Part shown: one piece after another, positions 22,463 through 31,507 of the stretch
Numbering within the stretch: position 1 is the stretch's first letter
Layout of the letters: each line of letters starts with the position of its first letter
DNA from: Deltaproteobacteria bacterium
GTDB lineage: Bacteria > Desulfobacterota > Binatia > UBA1149 > CAYXZP01
Direction: 5' to 3'
Assembly: GCA_046583365.1 (NCBI GenBank)
Contig: JAYGCL010000079.1
Span: forward strand, 17,508-81,507
Length of the DNA: 64,000 nucleotides
Position numbers and translations under genes: made by a program
Notes under the pieces: model-generated
Database searches by the model: none
Told to the model about the DNA's origin: nothing
The model's input: only the letters and a program-made list of their open reading frames with translations

Positions 22463-24130
22463 GTGGTATTAGGGCCACGGGGGATGGGTGGTTTTTCCGC
22501 AAGCAGCCGCAGGGGGGGGTTGGAAAGGGCGGCCGAGGGGGTGGCCGACCTGCTTGTGGTCGGTGCCGGCATCACCGGGGCCGGGGTAGCCCGTGAAGCG
22601 GCCTTGAGGGGATTGGCCATTGTTCTTCTGGACAAGGGGGATATTGGCGGGGGCACCAGCAGCCGTTCGTCCAAGCTCATCCATGGGGGCCTGCGCTACC
22701 TGGCCCAGGGTGAGGTGGGTCTGGTGCGTGAGGCGGCCCGTGAGCGTTCCGTGCTCCGGCGTATTGCCCCGCATCTGGCCAAGCCCGTGCCGGTACTTAT
22801 CCCGGCCGGGTCGAAAGCCGGGCGCATGCGTCTGGGCGCCGGCTTGTGGACTTTTGTAAAACTTGCCCCGGCCGGCTCGGGTGAGAGTTACCGTAGCCTG
22901 GATGCTGCCGAGACCTGTCAGGCCGAACCCCTCCTTAAAAAAGGCCGCCTGGCAGGTTCGGTGGCAATGACAGAGTACATTACCAGTGATGCCCGTCTGA
23001 CCTTGGAAACGGCCCGCTCGGCCGCCGTTGCCGGTGCGGTGGTGGCCAATTATGCCGAGGTGGTCGGGGTCGAGGAGGACAGCAGCGGATTCAGGGTGAC
23101 GGTAGAGGACCGCAGCGGGGGAGGCCGCCTGGTGATACGTTGCCGGGTCCTGGTCAATGCCGCCGGCCCATGGTTCGACCGGGTAAGGGCCCTGCTCGAT
23201 GACGGCCGACAGGCGGCGGCTAAGGGTATGGTACAACTCACCCGGGGTATCCACCTGGTTGTACCCCACCAGCGCCTGCCCCTTGGCCACATGGTCATTC
23301 TTCGGGCCGGCGACGGTCGTTCTACTTTTGCGATCCCGCGGCCCCCCTACACCTATATAGGCACCACTGACACGGCCTACGACGGGGCCCCCGAAGAGCC
23401 CGGGGTATCAACCGAGGATACCGCCTACCTGCTCGATTCGGTTTCGCTGGCCTTTGAAGATGCCCCTTCGGTTGCCGACGTGGTTGGGACCTGGTCAGGC
23501 GTGAGGCCCCTGCTACGGCAGGACGGTCGGCCCCCCCACGAGATATCCCGGCGCGATGAGATCGTCTGCGGTCCCGGGCCGGTTGTTTCGGTGGCCGGGG
23601 GGAAGCTGACAACTTACCGATGCATGGCGGTGAGGGTGATGGAAAAAGTTTTTGAGCTGCTGCACCGCAGCCCGGATGTTGATATCGATTCGGCGACGAT
23701 ACCGTTGGTCGGTGGTTCCCTGGCCGAACAACAGGCGGCCCGCCTCAAGGCCCCTGCTCTGGCCGACGAGGTCCTGGCCGACCGCCTGTGGTCGACCTAC
23801 GGGACCGAGGCACTGGGCATTGTCGAGCGCATCGCAAGCGCGCCGGCCGCGGGCGGGCCGGTCGGGGGTCTCAGCGAACTGACCCTGGCCGAAGTCGAGC
23901 ACGCCGTAGAAAGCGAGATGGTGATCACCCTCGACGACCTGTTGCGGCGCCGCTCGTCTGTTGCCATGTTCGATGGTGGCAGGGCGGCTGCGGCGGCCGT
24001 TGCGGTGGCCGCCTGCGTGGGCCGCCTGTGTGGCTGGTCGGACGGGCGCGTCCAGGCCGAAGCGGATACGGTCAGCCAACGCGCCATCGGTGAACTGGCC
24101 ACTGTGAAGAATACCGGCGAGTGCGGGTGA
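22463..24130 (+). CDS. glpD: FAD-dependent glycerol-3-phosphate dehydrogenase
   Basis: FAD fold DLLVVGAGITGAGVAREAALRG...SSRSSKLIHGGLRYL and a C-terminal GlpD-type domain. Confidence 0.8.
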   Translation: MVLGPRGMGGFSASSRRGGLERAAEGVADLLVVGAGITGAGVAREAALRGLAIVLLDKGDIGGGTSSRSSKLIHGGLRYLAQGEVGLVREAARERSVLRRIAPHLAKPVPVLIPAGSKAGRMRLGAGLWTFVKLAPAGSGESYRSLDAAETCQAEPLLKKGRLAGSVAMTEYITSDARLTLETARSAAVAGAVVANYAEVVGVEEDSSGFRVTVEDRSGGGRLVIRCRVLVNAAGPWFDRVRALLDDGRQAAAKGMVQLTRGIHLVVPHQRLPLGHMVILRAGDGRSTFAIPRPPYTYIGTTDTAYDGAPEEPGVSTEDTAYLLDSVSLAFEDAPSVADVVGTWSGVRPLLRQDGRPPHEISRRDEIVCGPGPVVSVAGGKLTTYRCMAVRVMEKVFELLHRSPDVDIDSATIPLVGGSLAEQQAARLKAPALADEVLADRLWSTYGTEALGIVERIASAPAAGGPVGGLSELTLAEVEHAVESEMVITLDDLLRRRSSVAMFDGGRAAAAAVAVAACVGRLCGWSDGRVQAEADTVSQRAIGELATVKNTGECG

Positions 24131-24136
24131 GTATAT

Positions 24137-25546
24137 ATGGGCGATAGTCTTGAAAGCCTGGAAAAACTGGTAAGCCGCAACGACAGCCTCGAACTGGTGA
24201 CCGAAGAAGCCGTCCGCGCCGAGTTGAGCCACGACAGTTGGATGCGCTCTCTCCTGCAACGGCGTGCCGGCCGCAGCGCCGCGATTGCCCGCGCGGTGGT
24301 AAGGCCTTCTACCACGGCCGACGTCTCGGCACTGCTCGAGTGGGCCGAGGCTTCACAAACGGCGGTAGTGCCCTACGGGCTGGGCTCGGGGGTATGCGGA
24401 GGTATCCTGGCCGGGGCCGATACCGTAGTCATCGACATGCGCAATATGGCCGCCATGGTGGATATAAACGAAGAGACTCTCAACGTAAGGGTACAGCCGG
24501 GTATGTGCGGTGCCGACTTTGAACGCGAACTGAACAGCCGTGGTCTCAGTATGGGCCACTTCCCCCAGTCCATAGGGGTTTCCAGCGTGGGCGGTTGGTG
24601 TGCCACGCGGGCCTCGGGGCAATTCTCGACCCGTTACGGAAATATCGAAGACATGATGGTAGGTTGTGAAGTGGTGTTGGCCGGCGGCAAAGTAGTGCGC
24701 ATGCCTGCGGCGCCGCGTTCCTCGACCGGCCCCGACCTCAAGGAACTATTCATGGGCAGCGAGGGGACCCTCGGCATTTTCACCGAACTCACCTTCCGCG
24801 TACACGAGTTGGCCGAGGAGTCGGCGGGTTGTTGCTACACGCTTGATTCGGTTGCTGCCGGTATCGAAGCCATGCGCCTGGTGATGAGGGCCGGCTGGCG
24901 GCCTGCGGCCATGCGACTCTATGATGCTACCGAGGCCGGCCGTCACTTTTCCATGGAAGGGGCTGAGGGACAGCCCGCTTTGCTCATAATCAGCGAGGGA
25001 CCGGCGGCTTTGGTGGAGTCCGAGGTGCGTACGGTCGGCGAGATTGTGGAAAAGGCCGGCGGGCGCAGCCGCGGCAGTGGCCCGGTGGAGAGTTGGCTGG
25101 AGCACCGCAACGAGGTTCCTTCTTTTGACGAACTTATAGACCGGGGCCTGGTGGTAGACACGATCGAAGTTGCAGTCGGCTGGGACCGTCTTGCCGGCCT
25201 TTTCGAAACAGCCATTGCCCGCGGTGCCGCCATAGAAGGGGTGATGGTCATGTCAGGCCACCTCTCCCACTGCTACGGAGACGGTGCCAATATCTATTTT
25301 ACTTTTGTCGGTACCCGCTCGGAGGCCGATGATGCCACCGCGCTTTACGACCGGGTCTGGGAGGCCACCATGGAGGCGACCCTTGAAGCGGGCGGTACCA
25401 TAGCCCACCACCACGGTATAGGCAGGGTGCGCAAGGACTGGTTGCGCCGGGAACTTGGCCCGGCCCATGAAGTCCTGCGCGCACTCAAGCGCACCCTGGA
25501 CCCCTCGGGCATTATGAACCCCGGGGTCTTAATGGACATGGACTGA
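24137..25546 (+). CDS. FAD-linked oxidase, alkyl-DHAP-synthase-like (AGPS-like)
   Basis: FAD_binding_4 domain (VVPYGLGSGVCGG). C-terminal HLSHCYGDGANIYFTF resembles the AGPS-type H-x-Y..GA.LYF motif rather than the HxxDGNxH of GlcD/Dld enzymes. Confidence 0.65.
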   Translation: MGDSLESLEKLVSRNDSLELVTEEAVRAELSHDSWMRSLLQRRAGRSAAIARAVVRPSTTADVSALLEWAEASQTAVVPYGLGSGVCGGILAGADTVVIDMRNMAAMVDINEETLNVRVQPGMCGADFERELNSRGLSMGHFPQSIGVSSVGGWCATRASGQFSTRYGNIEDMMVGCEVVLAGGKVVRMPAAPRSSTGPDLKELFMGSEGTLGIFTELTFRVHELAEESAGCCYTLDSVAAGIEAMRLVMRAGWRPAAMRLYDATEAGRHFSMEGAEGQPALLIISEGPAALVESEVRTVGEIVEKAGGRSRGSGPVESWLEHRNEVPSFDELIDRGLVVDTIEVAVGWDRLAGLFETAIARGAAIEGVMVMSGHLSHCYGDGANIYFTFVGTRSEADDATALYDRVWEATMEATLEAGGTIAHHHGIGRVRKDWLRRELGPAHEVLRALKRTLDPSGIMNPGVLMDMD

Positions 25547-25553
25547 AGCGGCC

Positions 25554-27014
25554 GTGGGCACACACGTGATGGGAATAGATGCCGGCACCACGGGGGTGCG
25601 GGCGTTGGTCTTTGATGAGACCGGGGGGGTCGTGGGCCGGGCCTACCGGGAACTGAAGGTGGATTTCCCACAGCCCGGCTGGGTGGAGCAGGATGCCGGC
25701 CTGGTGTGGTCGGCAACGCTGGAGGTGGCCCTTGCGGCCGTGTCCGAGGCCGGCCTTGTTCCCTCCGACCTTGGGGCCATAGGCATTGCCAACCAGCGCT
25801 CTTCCGTCGTGGCCTGGGACGGAGTTTCCCTGAGCCCGCTCTCTCCTCTGATCGCCTGGCAGGACCTGCGCACGCAAAACCGTTGCACGCAGTTGATGGC
25901 CGAGGGTTTTTACATCATTCCGATGCAGGCCGCCTCCAAGGCCGAATGGATCCTGGCCAATTGCCCGGCCGCTGCCACGGCTGCCAAGGCGGGCCATCTC
26001 CGCCTTGGCACGCCCAATAGCTGGTTGGCCGCGTGTTTAAGCGGCGGCGTCCACGCCTGTGACCACGCCAACGCCAGCACCACCGGCTTGTACGCCCATG
26101 TTGAGAGGGGTTGGGACGAGACTGTAATGCAGGCCTTGGGCCTGCAGCGGTCCTGGATGCCCGAACTGGTCGAGTCGAATACGGTTTTTGCCACCACGGC
26201 CGCCGACGTTTTCGGGGCCGAGGTGCCGCTGGCCTCTATGTGCGGTGACCAGCAGGCTTCGCTTTTTGGCCTGGGTTGCACCGAGGTGGGCCAGACCAAG
26301 TGTTCCTACGGTACCGCCGCGATGGTTGATTCCAATACCGGGTTTTCAATGACCGCGGCCGGTCCGGGCACCTACCCATTGGTGGCCTGGAGCTTTGACG
26401 GCCGCCCCACCTATTGCACCGAGGGCACGGTGGTTACGGCCGGAGCCGCCGTTCAGTGGTTGCGAGACGGACTCGGCTTGATCCAGCATGCCGCCGAAAC
26501 CTCCGCGCTGGCCCAGAGCATCAACGATGCCGGAGGAGTGTGGGCGGTGCCGGCACTGCAAGGGGTCGGCACCCCGATAATGGACCCATCCGCCCGGGCT
26601 ATGCTGGCCGGCCTGACGCGGGCCTCGGGCAAGGCCGAGGTCGTAAGGGCGGTGTTGGAGGGAATCGCCAACCGTGTAAGCGATGCGGCCGAGAGTCTGT
26701 GGTCGGAGAACGCGGGTCCGGCCGTATTGCGTGTCGATGGGGGCGCCAGCGCCAATGACTTTCTCATGCAACGCCAGGCCGACCTGCTCGGCATTGCCGT
26801 TGAGCGCGGGCGTGAGACCAATGGTGCCGCTTTGGGCGTGGCCGCCATGGCCGCGGCCGCTACCGGATTGTGGCAGGGCGATTGTTCGGGGGGAGCCTGG
26901 CAGCTTGAGCGTTGTTTTGAACCCTCAATCGACGAACAGCAAAGACAAGACGAACGTGGACTATGGGCCAAACGCCTGCAGGGGGCCGTGGCCCTGAGCC
27001 GCGTCGCAGACTGA
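25554..27014 (+). CDS. glpK: FGGY-family carbohydrate kinase, glycerol-kinase-like
   Basis: MGIDAGTTGVRALVFD, QPGWVEQDA, GIANQR, GDQQASLFG and VDGGASANDFLMQ parallel the GlpK motifs. Confidence 0.7.
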   Translation: MGTHVMGIDAGTTGVRALVFDETGGVVGRAYRELKVDFPQPGWVEQDAGLVWSATLEVALAAVSEAGLVPSDLGAIGIANQRSSVVAWDGVSLSPLSPLIAWQDLRTQNRCTQLMAEGFYIIPMQAASKAEWILANCPAAATAAKAGHLRLGTPNSWLAACLSGGVHACDHANASTTGLYAHVERGWDETVMQALGLQRSWMPELVESNTVFATTAADVFGAEVPLASMCGDQQASLFGLGCTEVGQTKCSYGTAAMVDSNTGFSMTAAGPGTYPLVAWSFDGRPTYCTEGTVVTAGAAVQWLRDGLGLIQHAAETSALAQSINDAGGVWAVPALQGVGTPIMDPSARAMLAGLTRASGKAEVVRAVLEGIANRVSDAAESLWSENAGPAVLRVDGGASANDFLMQRQADLLGIAVERGRETNGAALGVAAMAAAATGLWQGDCSGGAWQLERCFEPSIDEQQRQDERGLWAKRLQGAVALSRVAD

Positions 27015-27026
27015 CGGGCGAAGGGC

Positions 27027-27656
27027 GTGGGGTTTGAACTGGTCGTTTTTGACTGCGACGGAGTGCTGTTTGATTCCGACGGTGCCAATTGGGCCTTCTA
27101 TGATGAGATCATGAAGCGGGCCGGCCAGCCCCCCTTGCCGGAGACCGCCAGACCAGACGCCAGTGCCCTGGCCTCGGCCCAGCTGTTTCAGCGTTACTAC
27201 GGTGACGATCCCGAGTCTCTGGCCACCATTCGTGCCACGGCGCGGGCGACCGATTACGGTCCGTTCTTCTCCCTCATGAAACCACGCAGCGACCTGCGCC
27301 AGGTGATTGAGGGTCTCAGGGGCCGCTACCAAACGGCCATGGCCAGCAACCGCAGCCGCACGCTTGGCGGCGTGATAGAACATTTCGGGCTTGAGGGCCT
27401 GTTCGACCTTGTCGTCGGTGTGGCCGACGTCAAACATCCAAAGCCCGCCCCCGACATGCTGCTCGAATGCAGCCGTCGGCTGGGGGTGGACCCCGGCCGG
27501 GCGGTCTACGTGGGCGACCAGGAAAGCGACCGCCTGTCGGCCGCTGCCGCCGGCATGGTCTTTGTCGGCATCGGCGCTGCTGTGGCCGCCGCCGAGTTCA
27601 GGATCAACACCCTTGAGGAGCTGGAACCCCTGCTTGCGAGTATCGATTGCGCCTAG
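27027..27656 (+). CDS. HAD-superfamily hydrolase (phosphoglycolate/sugar-phosphate phosphatase-like)
   Basis: Motif I VVFDCDGVLFDS and motif IV VYVGDQESDRLSAAAAGMVFV. Confidence 0.7.
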   Translation: MGFELVVFDCDGVLFDSDGANWAFYDEIMKRAGQPPLPETARPDASALASAQLFQRYYGDDPESLATIRATARATDYGPFFSLMKPRSDLRQVIEGLRGRYQTAMASNRSRTLGGVIEHFGLEGLFDLVVGVADVKHPKPAPDMLLECSRRLGVDPGRAVYVGDQESDRLSAAAAGMVFVGIGAAVAAAEFRINTLEELEPLLASIDCA

Positions 27657-27686
27657 GCCGGAAAACGTGTTTGGAGGACGGCAAAC

Positions 27687-27949
27687 ATGAAGACAGTAAC
27701 GTATTATTTCGCTTACAATAGCCCCTATTCCTTTCTTGCCAATACCCGCTTGTTGGAACGGGAGTTGGAGCCGTGTGGTATCACCATAGACAGCCGCTGA
27801 CCTCTCAATGCGACCTCGATAGCGATGAGTTTTGCACGGCTATAGCGGCCGGCAGTCGCTACGATGAGGAGTTGCAACGGTGTAACCGGCAGGCCGAGGC
27901 CGATGGCGTTTTCGGGTTCCCGTTCTTTGTCTACTACGGGCGGCCATAG
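27687..27949 (+). pseudogene. Remnant of a DsbA-like 2-hydroxychromene-2-carboxylate isomerase family gene. The N-terminal 37 codons and the C-terminal ~45 codons are in different frames, and the central ~350 bp is missing.
   Basis: RBS GGAGG, then MKTVTYYFAYNSPYSFLANTRL (family N-terminal signature), then a TGA at 27798. A +2 frame continues ...AEADGVFGFPFFVYYGRP* (family C-terminal signature), ending at 27949. Confidence 0.5.
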
Positions 27950-27956
27950 AAGGAGT

Positions 27957-28334
27957 ATGATGAACGGAGCAAAGGAATTTCGCTGTGGTGTCGAGGCAAG
28001 AGACCTCGACCGGATGATGACTGCGTTTGCGGCAGAGGCCCGTCTGTTCAGCCCGGCCCATTGGAAACCGTTGGAAGGGAGAGAGGTCATCCAAGCGCTC
28101 CTTTCGGTACTGCTGCAGACCTTCGAGGACTTCGAGTACACCGATGAACTGACCTCCGCTGAAGGTACAACGGCCCTGATCTTCAGTGCCCGGGTCGGTA
28201 AGTTGGAACTTCAGGGCCTCGACCTTATACGTCTGTCCAGCGAAGGTTTGATAACTGAGTTCACCGTTATGGTGCGACCCTTCTCGGCCCTTGAGGCGTT
28301 GATGGCCAGGGTGACCGAAGGTCTGATGGCCTGA
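27957..28334 (+). CDS. SnoaL-like/NTF2-fold small protein
   Basis: About 125 aa from MMNGAKEF, preceded by RBS AAGGAG. The upstream part of track ORF 27864..28334 overlaps the pseudogene remnant. Confidence 0.45.
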   Translation: MMNGAKEFRCGVEARDLDRMMTAFAAEARLFSPAHWKPLEGREVIQALLSVLLQTFEDFEYTDELTSAEGTTALIFSARVGKLELQGLDLIRLSSEGLITEFTVMVRPFSALEALMARVTEGLMA

Positions 28335-28335
28335 C

Positions 28336-29334
28336 TCAGCCGGCCGCCGGGGCCAGCTGGTTGAGACGGTCGATGAGGGTGCGAAGGCGGCCGTAGCTTT
28401 CCATGTCGAAGTGCGTCGTCAGGCGGGTGAGTCCGTCGAGGGCCGGCTCGTCGAACTCTTCCTTGAAAACCCCTCGCTGTCGTATCGGTTGTCCGCCGAG
28501 GATGTCCGAGAACTCTTCGGACAGGCTCGCCAACGCGGTCTCCCCCAACTTTTGCGTGGTACGCAGGACCAGGCGGCGGCGGATCACGCGGGAAGAGTGG
28601 TAGCAGCGGTAGAAGTCGGTGATGTGTTGCACGGCTGTGTCGACGTTGTCGGTAATGGAGTAAAGGTTGAGGTCGGTGGGACTGATAAGGCCCCGGCCGA
28701 GGAGGTGGCGACGCACGTAGTCGTCCCAGCCCTGCCAGTAGTCTCCGCCGGGGATGTCGAGAAGGATTATGGGCATCAGTTGGGCCTTGCCGGTTTGCAC
28801 CAGGGTCAGCGTTTCAAAGCCTTCATCGTGGGTGCCGAAACCGCCGGGCAGAAGTACCACGGCCGAGGACTCTTTTAAGAAGAACAGTTTGCGGGTGAAG
28901 AAGTATTTAAAGTCCACCAGCTTGCGGTCTCCGCGGATCACCGGGTTGGCCACGTTCTCAAAGGGCAGTTTTATATTGACCCCGAAGCTGCGCTTGCGCC
29001 CGGCTCCCTGTTGGCAGGCCTCCATGATGCCGGGCCCGGCTCCGGTGATAACCATGAAGCCGGCATCGGCGATGCGCCGGGAAAAGTCGCGGGCCAGGTC
29101 ATAGATCGGCGTGTCGGGGCGAGTACGGGCCGAACCGAAGGTCGTTACCTTGCGCACCGAGGCGTAGGGACGAAAGCAGGCCAGGCCCCGGCGGATCTCG
29201 TCCATGGCCGACTCGATGAGTTTGAGGTCGGCCACCGCGATGCCGTCGTCGGCTAGGTTGAGGCAGGTCTGTATGAGCTTGGCCAGTAAGGGGCCGGTTC
29301 TGGGGTCGTCGATTTTGTCGGAAGGCTTGCCCAT
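28336..29334 (-). CDS. LOG-family protein, long form (TIGR00730 Rossmann fold with N-terminal extension)
   Basis: VTTFGSARTRPDTPIYDLARDFSRRIADAGFMVITGAGPGIMEA...LLPGGFGTHDEGFETLTLVQTGK. Confidence 0.7.
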   Translation of the reverse strand: MGKPSDKIDDPRTGPLLAKLIQTCLNLADDGIAVADLKLIESAMDEIRRGLACFRPYASVRKVTTFGSARTRPDTPIYDLARDFSRRIADAGFMVITGAGPGIMEACQQGAGRKRSFGVNIKLPFENVANPVIRGDRKLVDFKYFFTRKLFFLKESSAVVLLPGGFGTHDEGFETLTLVQTGKAQLMPIILLDIPGGDYWQGWDDYVRRHLLGRGLISPTDLNLYSITDNVDTAVQHITDFYRCYHSSRVIRRRLVLRTTQKLGETALASLSEEFSDILGGQPIRQRGVFKEEFDEPALDGLTRLTTHFDMESYGRLRTLIDRLNQLAPAAG

Positions 29335-29387
29335 AGGCTTCTGTCTTGCGTCGGCCGCCGGTCAGTGCAAGCCGCCGACCGCCGCTC

Positions 29388-30392
29388 TCAGTGGCCGTCG
29401 CGGTGTTGATTGATTTCGAGCAGTCGAAATTTCGCGCTGGGGGCGATGCCGTCACGGTCGTAGACTATCGCCTCAACGCCTGCCGCCTGGGCCACGGCCA
29501 GCCCCTTGCGGCCCGTGATCACCAGGGCCGTGGACCAGGCCTCGGCCACCGCGGCCCGTGGGGCCATTGCGGTGGCAAGGCGGGGGGGAAGAACCGGGCT
29601 TAAATTGAAAGGGTCAATGATGGGCCCAACCTCGGCTGCCGGTCCCAAGGCCTTTGAGGTTGAAAGGGCCGCGTCGTGCAGTTCGACTGCACCCAGGAGT
29701 TGCCCCGGTTGGATGCCGCCGAGGGCCACCCGCCAGGCTTTGTCCCCTCTGGTCCGCCCGAGGGCCATGTGGCTGGAACCGCCGAAGTCGGCAAAGGCCC
29801 CGCGTGCGCCTTTGGATTTTAAAAAATCCACGATCTTGTCCAGGGCCAGGCCTTTGCCTATGCCACCGGCGTCCAGACGGACCCCGGGCAGGAGGGAGGC
29901 TGTGGGACGGGCTCCCTTTGCGCCTTCGAGGGTAAGGGCGGTTTGCAGACTCAAGGCTCCGCGCAAGGCCGCGCGTTCGAGCGTGTGCAGGTCGGCGGCG
30001 GTTGGAGTTTTGTGTTGCCGCCATAAATCCACGGCTGGCCCCAGGGCCGGGTCAAAGGTGGCCTTGGTGGCTTGGGCCAGGTCTTTCATTGTCGCCAGGG
30101 CCCAGGCCAGGTCCGGGCTTATGGCTACGGCTCCACTGCCGGCCTTGAGGTTGAGCCGTTCCAGCTCCCCTTCGGGCCGCCAGGTGGTAAGCACGTCGTC
30201 CCAGTGCCGGGCGATTGCAATACAAGCCTGGGCCAGACGGTCGGCTTCCTCGCCGGTGGCGGCCACCACTTCGACTTGCAAGACGGTGCCCATGACGGCC
30301 GCCGCCGCCTTTGCCGAGGCAGCGCCGGCGGCTGTGGCCGGGGCCGCCAGGACAAACAGAAGAAATACCAGCGCCGGCAGCGCTCGCGTCAA
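29388..30392 (-). CDS. apbE: FAD:protein FMN transferase
   Basis: Signal peptide, and an ApbE fold with LDAGGIGKGLALDK and a C-terminal Mg/FAD-binding region. Confidence 0.8.
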   Translation of the reverse strand: MTRALPALVFLLFVLAAPATAAGAASAKAAAAVMGTVLQVEVVAATGEEADRLAQACIAIARHWDDVLTTWRPEGELERLNLKAGSGAVAISPDLAWALATMKDLAQATKATFDPALGPAVDLWRQHKTPTAADLHTLERAALRGALSLQTALTLEGAKGARPTASLLPGVRLDAGGIGKGLALDKIVDFLKSKGARGAFADFGGSSHMALGRTRGDKAWRVALGGIQPGQLLGAVELHDAALSTSKALGPAAEVGPIIDPFNLSPVLPPRLATAMAPRAAVAEAWSTALVITGRKGLAVAQAAGVEAIVYDRDGIAPSAKFRLLEINQHRDGH

Positions 30393-30395
30393 CTC

Positions 30396-30917
30396 TCAGT
30401 CCCCGTTCTCGCCGTTACTGTTGGACGGGCCGTAAGCGCTTGGCAGTTCGAAGAGCAGGGCCCGGGCCACCAGTATTACCAGGATGGCAATCACGCCCTG
30501 CAGGAGCAGGAACATGGAGATTTTCATCCAGGCAAACCCCGGATGCACAAAGCGTACGCCCCAGCCGGCCAACTCGCCGCCCATGCCGGCGCCGAAGGCA
30601 AGGGCGATACCCCAGGCCTTGATACGCATGGAAATCGGTACAAACAGGGTCAGGTGGGTGAGCGTAAGCAGCAGGATGCCCATGGCAAAACTGTGGAAGT
30701 GGAGCATTTCCAGCAGCCCGACAAAGCTGCGGGGCTGCAGGTAGAGTTCTTCGTTGCCGAGGTAATAGTCGATTACCGAAGCCGGGTTGAGGCTCATCTT
30801 TGAAAAGTAAAGACCGATGTTGGTCAGCCACAACACCACCGTGTAGGCCAGGAAACACCACACGATCATTTTGAGTAGACGGTTTTTGGTCCACTCTCCG
30901 GTTACTACGAAACGCAT
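30396..30917 (-). CDS. 4-TM integral membrane protein with conserved His in TM helices, possibly DUF4405/cytochrome-b-like
   Basis: Four predicted TM helices. Histidines sit inside hydrophobic segments (EMLHFHSFAMG, LTLTHLTLF). Lies between the FMN-binding gene and apbE. Confidence 0.5.
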   Translation of the reverse strand: MRFVVTGEWTKNRLLKMIVWCFLAYTVVLWLTNIGLYFSKMSLNPASVIDYYLGNEELYLQPRSFVGLLEMLHFHSFAMGILLLTLTHLTLFVPISMRIKAWGIALAFGAGMGGELAGWGVRFVHPGFAWMKISMFLLLQGVIAILVILVARALLFELPSAYGPSNSNGENGD

Positions 30918-30929
30918 GACTATAACGGC

Positions 30930-31493
30930 CTAATCGTTGTCGGTTGGGGAGGCGGCGATGACTTCTTCATAAACCGCCAGCGCGCGGCCCACGGCGGAGA
31001 CCACGGCCCGCGAACTCAACGTCGAGCCGGTTACGGCGGCCAGGTCGCGGCCTATACGCAGGCCACTGCCCAGGCGCTTGCCCTTGAGTTGCTCCAACCA
31101 ACGCGCGCTCGGCAAGTATTCCAACGGCTCGTAGAAGGCAAGGACGTACACGGCACGTACCCGCCCGTCCGGGGAGAGGACGGTCAGGAAAGCCTCGGGG
31201 AGGGTGCGTACGATGTGGGTGTCGAGCAAGGCATAGCCGAGGGGTTCGTCTTGTTTGTAGCCGCTGTAGACTTTTATCAGGTCCGAATCGAGTCTGGTTC
31301 TGGCCGCGGCCTCGATTCGTTGGTGCTGGTCGGGACTAAGAAACAGCGTTGTCGTCTCGGTACGGGTGGCCTCGGGAAAGGCCAGGGCCGGCACCTCATC
31401 AAGTGAGTAGAAAACCGTTGCCGCGGCTTGGCCCGGGCAGGCCAGGCCGCAGGCAACAACCAGAGTGAGGCAAGGTTTCAGGAATGCTGGCAT
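30930..31493 (-). CDS. FMN-binding domain lipoprotein, likely an ApbE flavinylation substrate
   Basis: Lipobox LVVAC, and FMN_bind flavinylation motif GRDLAAVTGSTLSSRAV near the C-terminus. Confidence 0.65.
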   Translation of the reverse strand: MPAFLKPCLTLVVACGLACPGQAAATVFYSLDEVPALAFPEATRTETTTLFLSPDQHQRIEAAARTRLDSDLIKVYSGYKQDEPLGYALLDTHIVRTLPEAFLTVLSPDGRVRAVYVLAFYEPLEYLPSARWLEQLKGKRLGSGLRIGRDLAAVTGSTLSSRAVVSAVGRALAVYEEVIAASPTDND

Positions 31494-31507
31494 CCCAGTC
31501 CAGTGGC

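Noticed and set aside
22469-24259. 273-aa and 248-aa minus-strand ORFs
   Set aside because: Antisense to glpD, which has a clear FAD fold.
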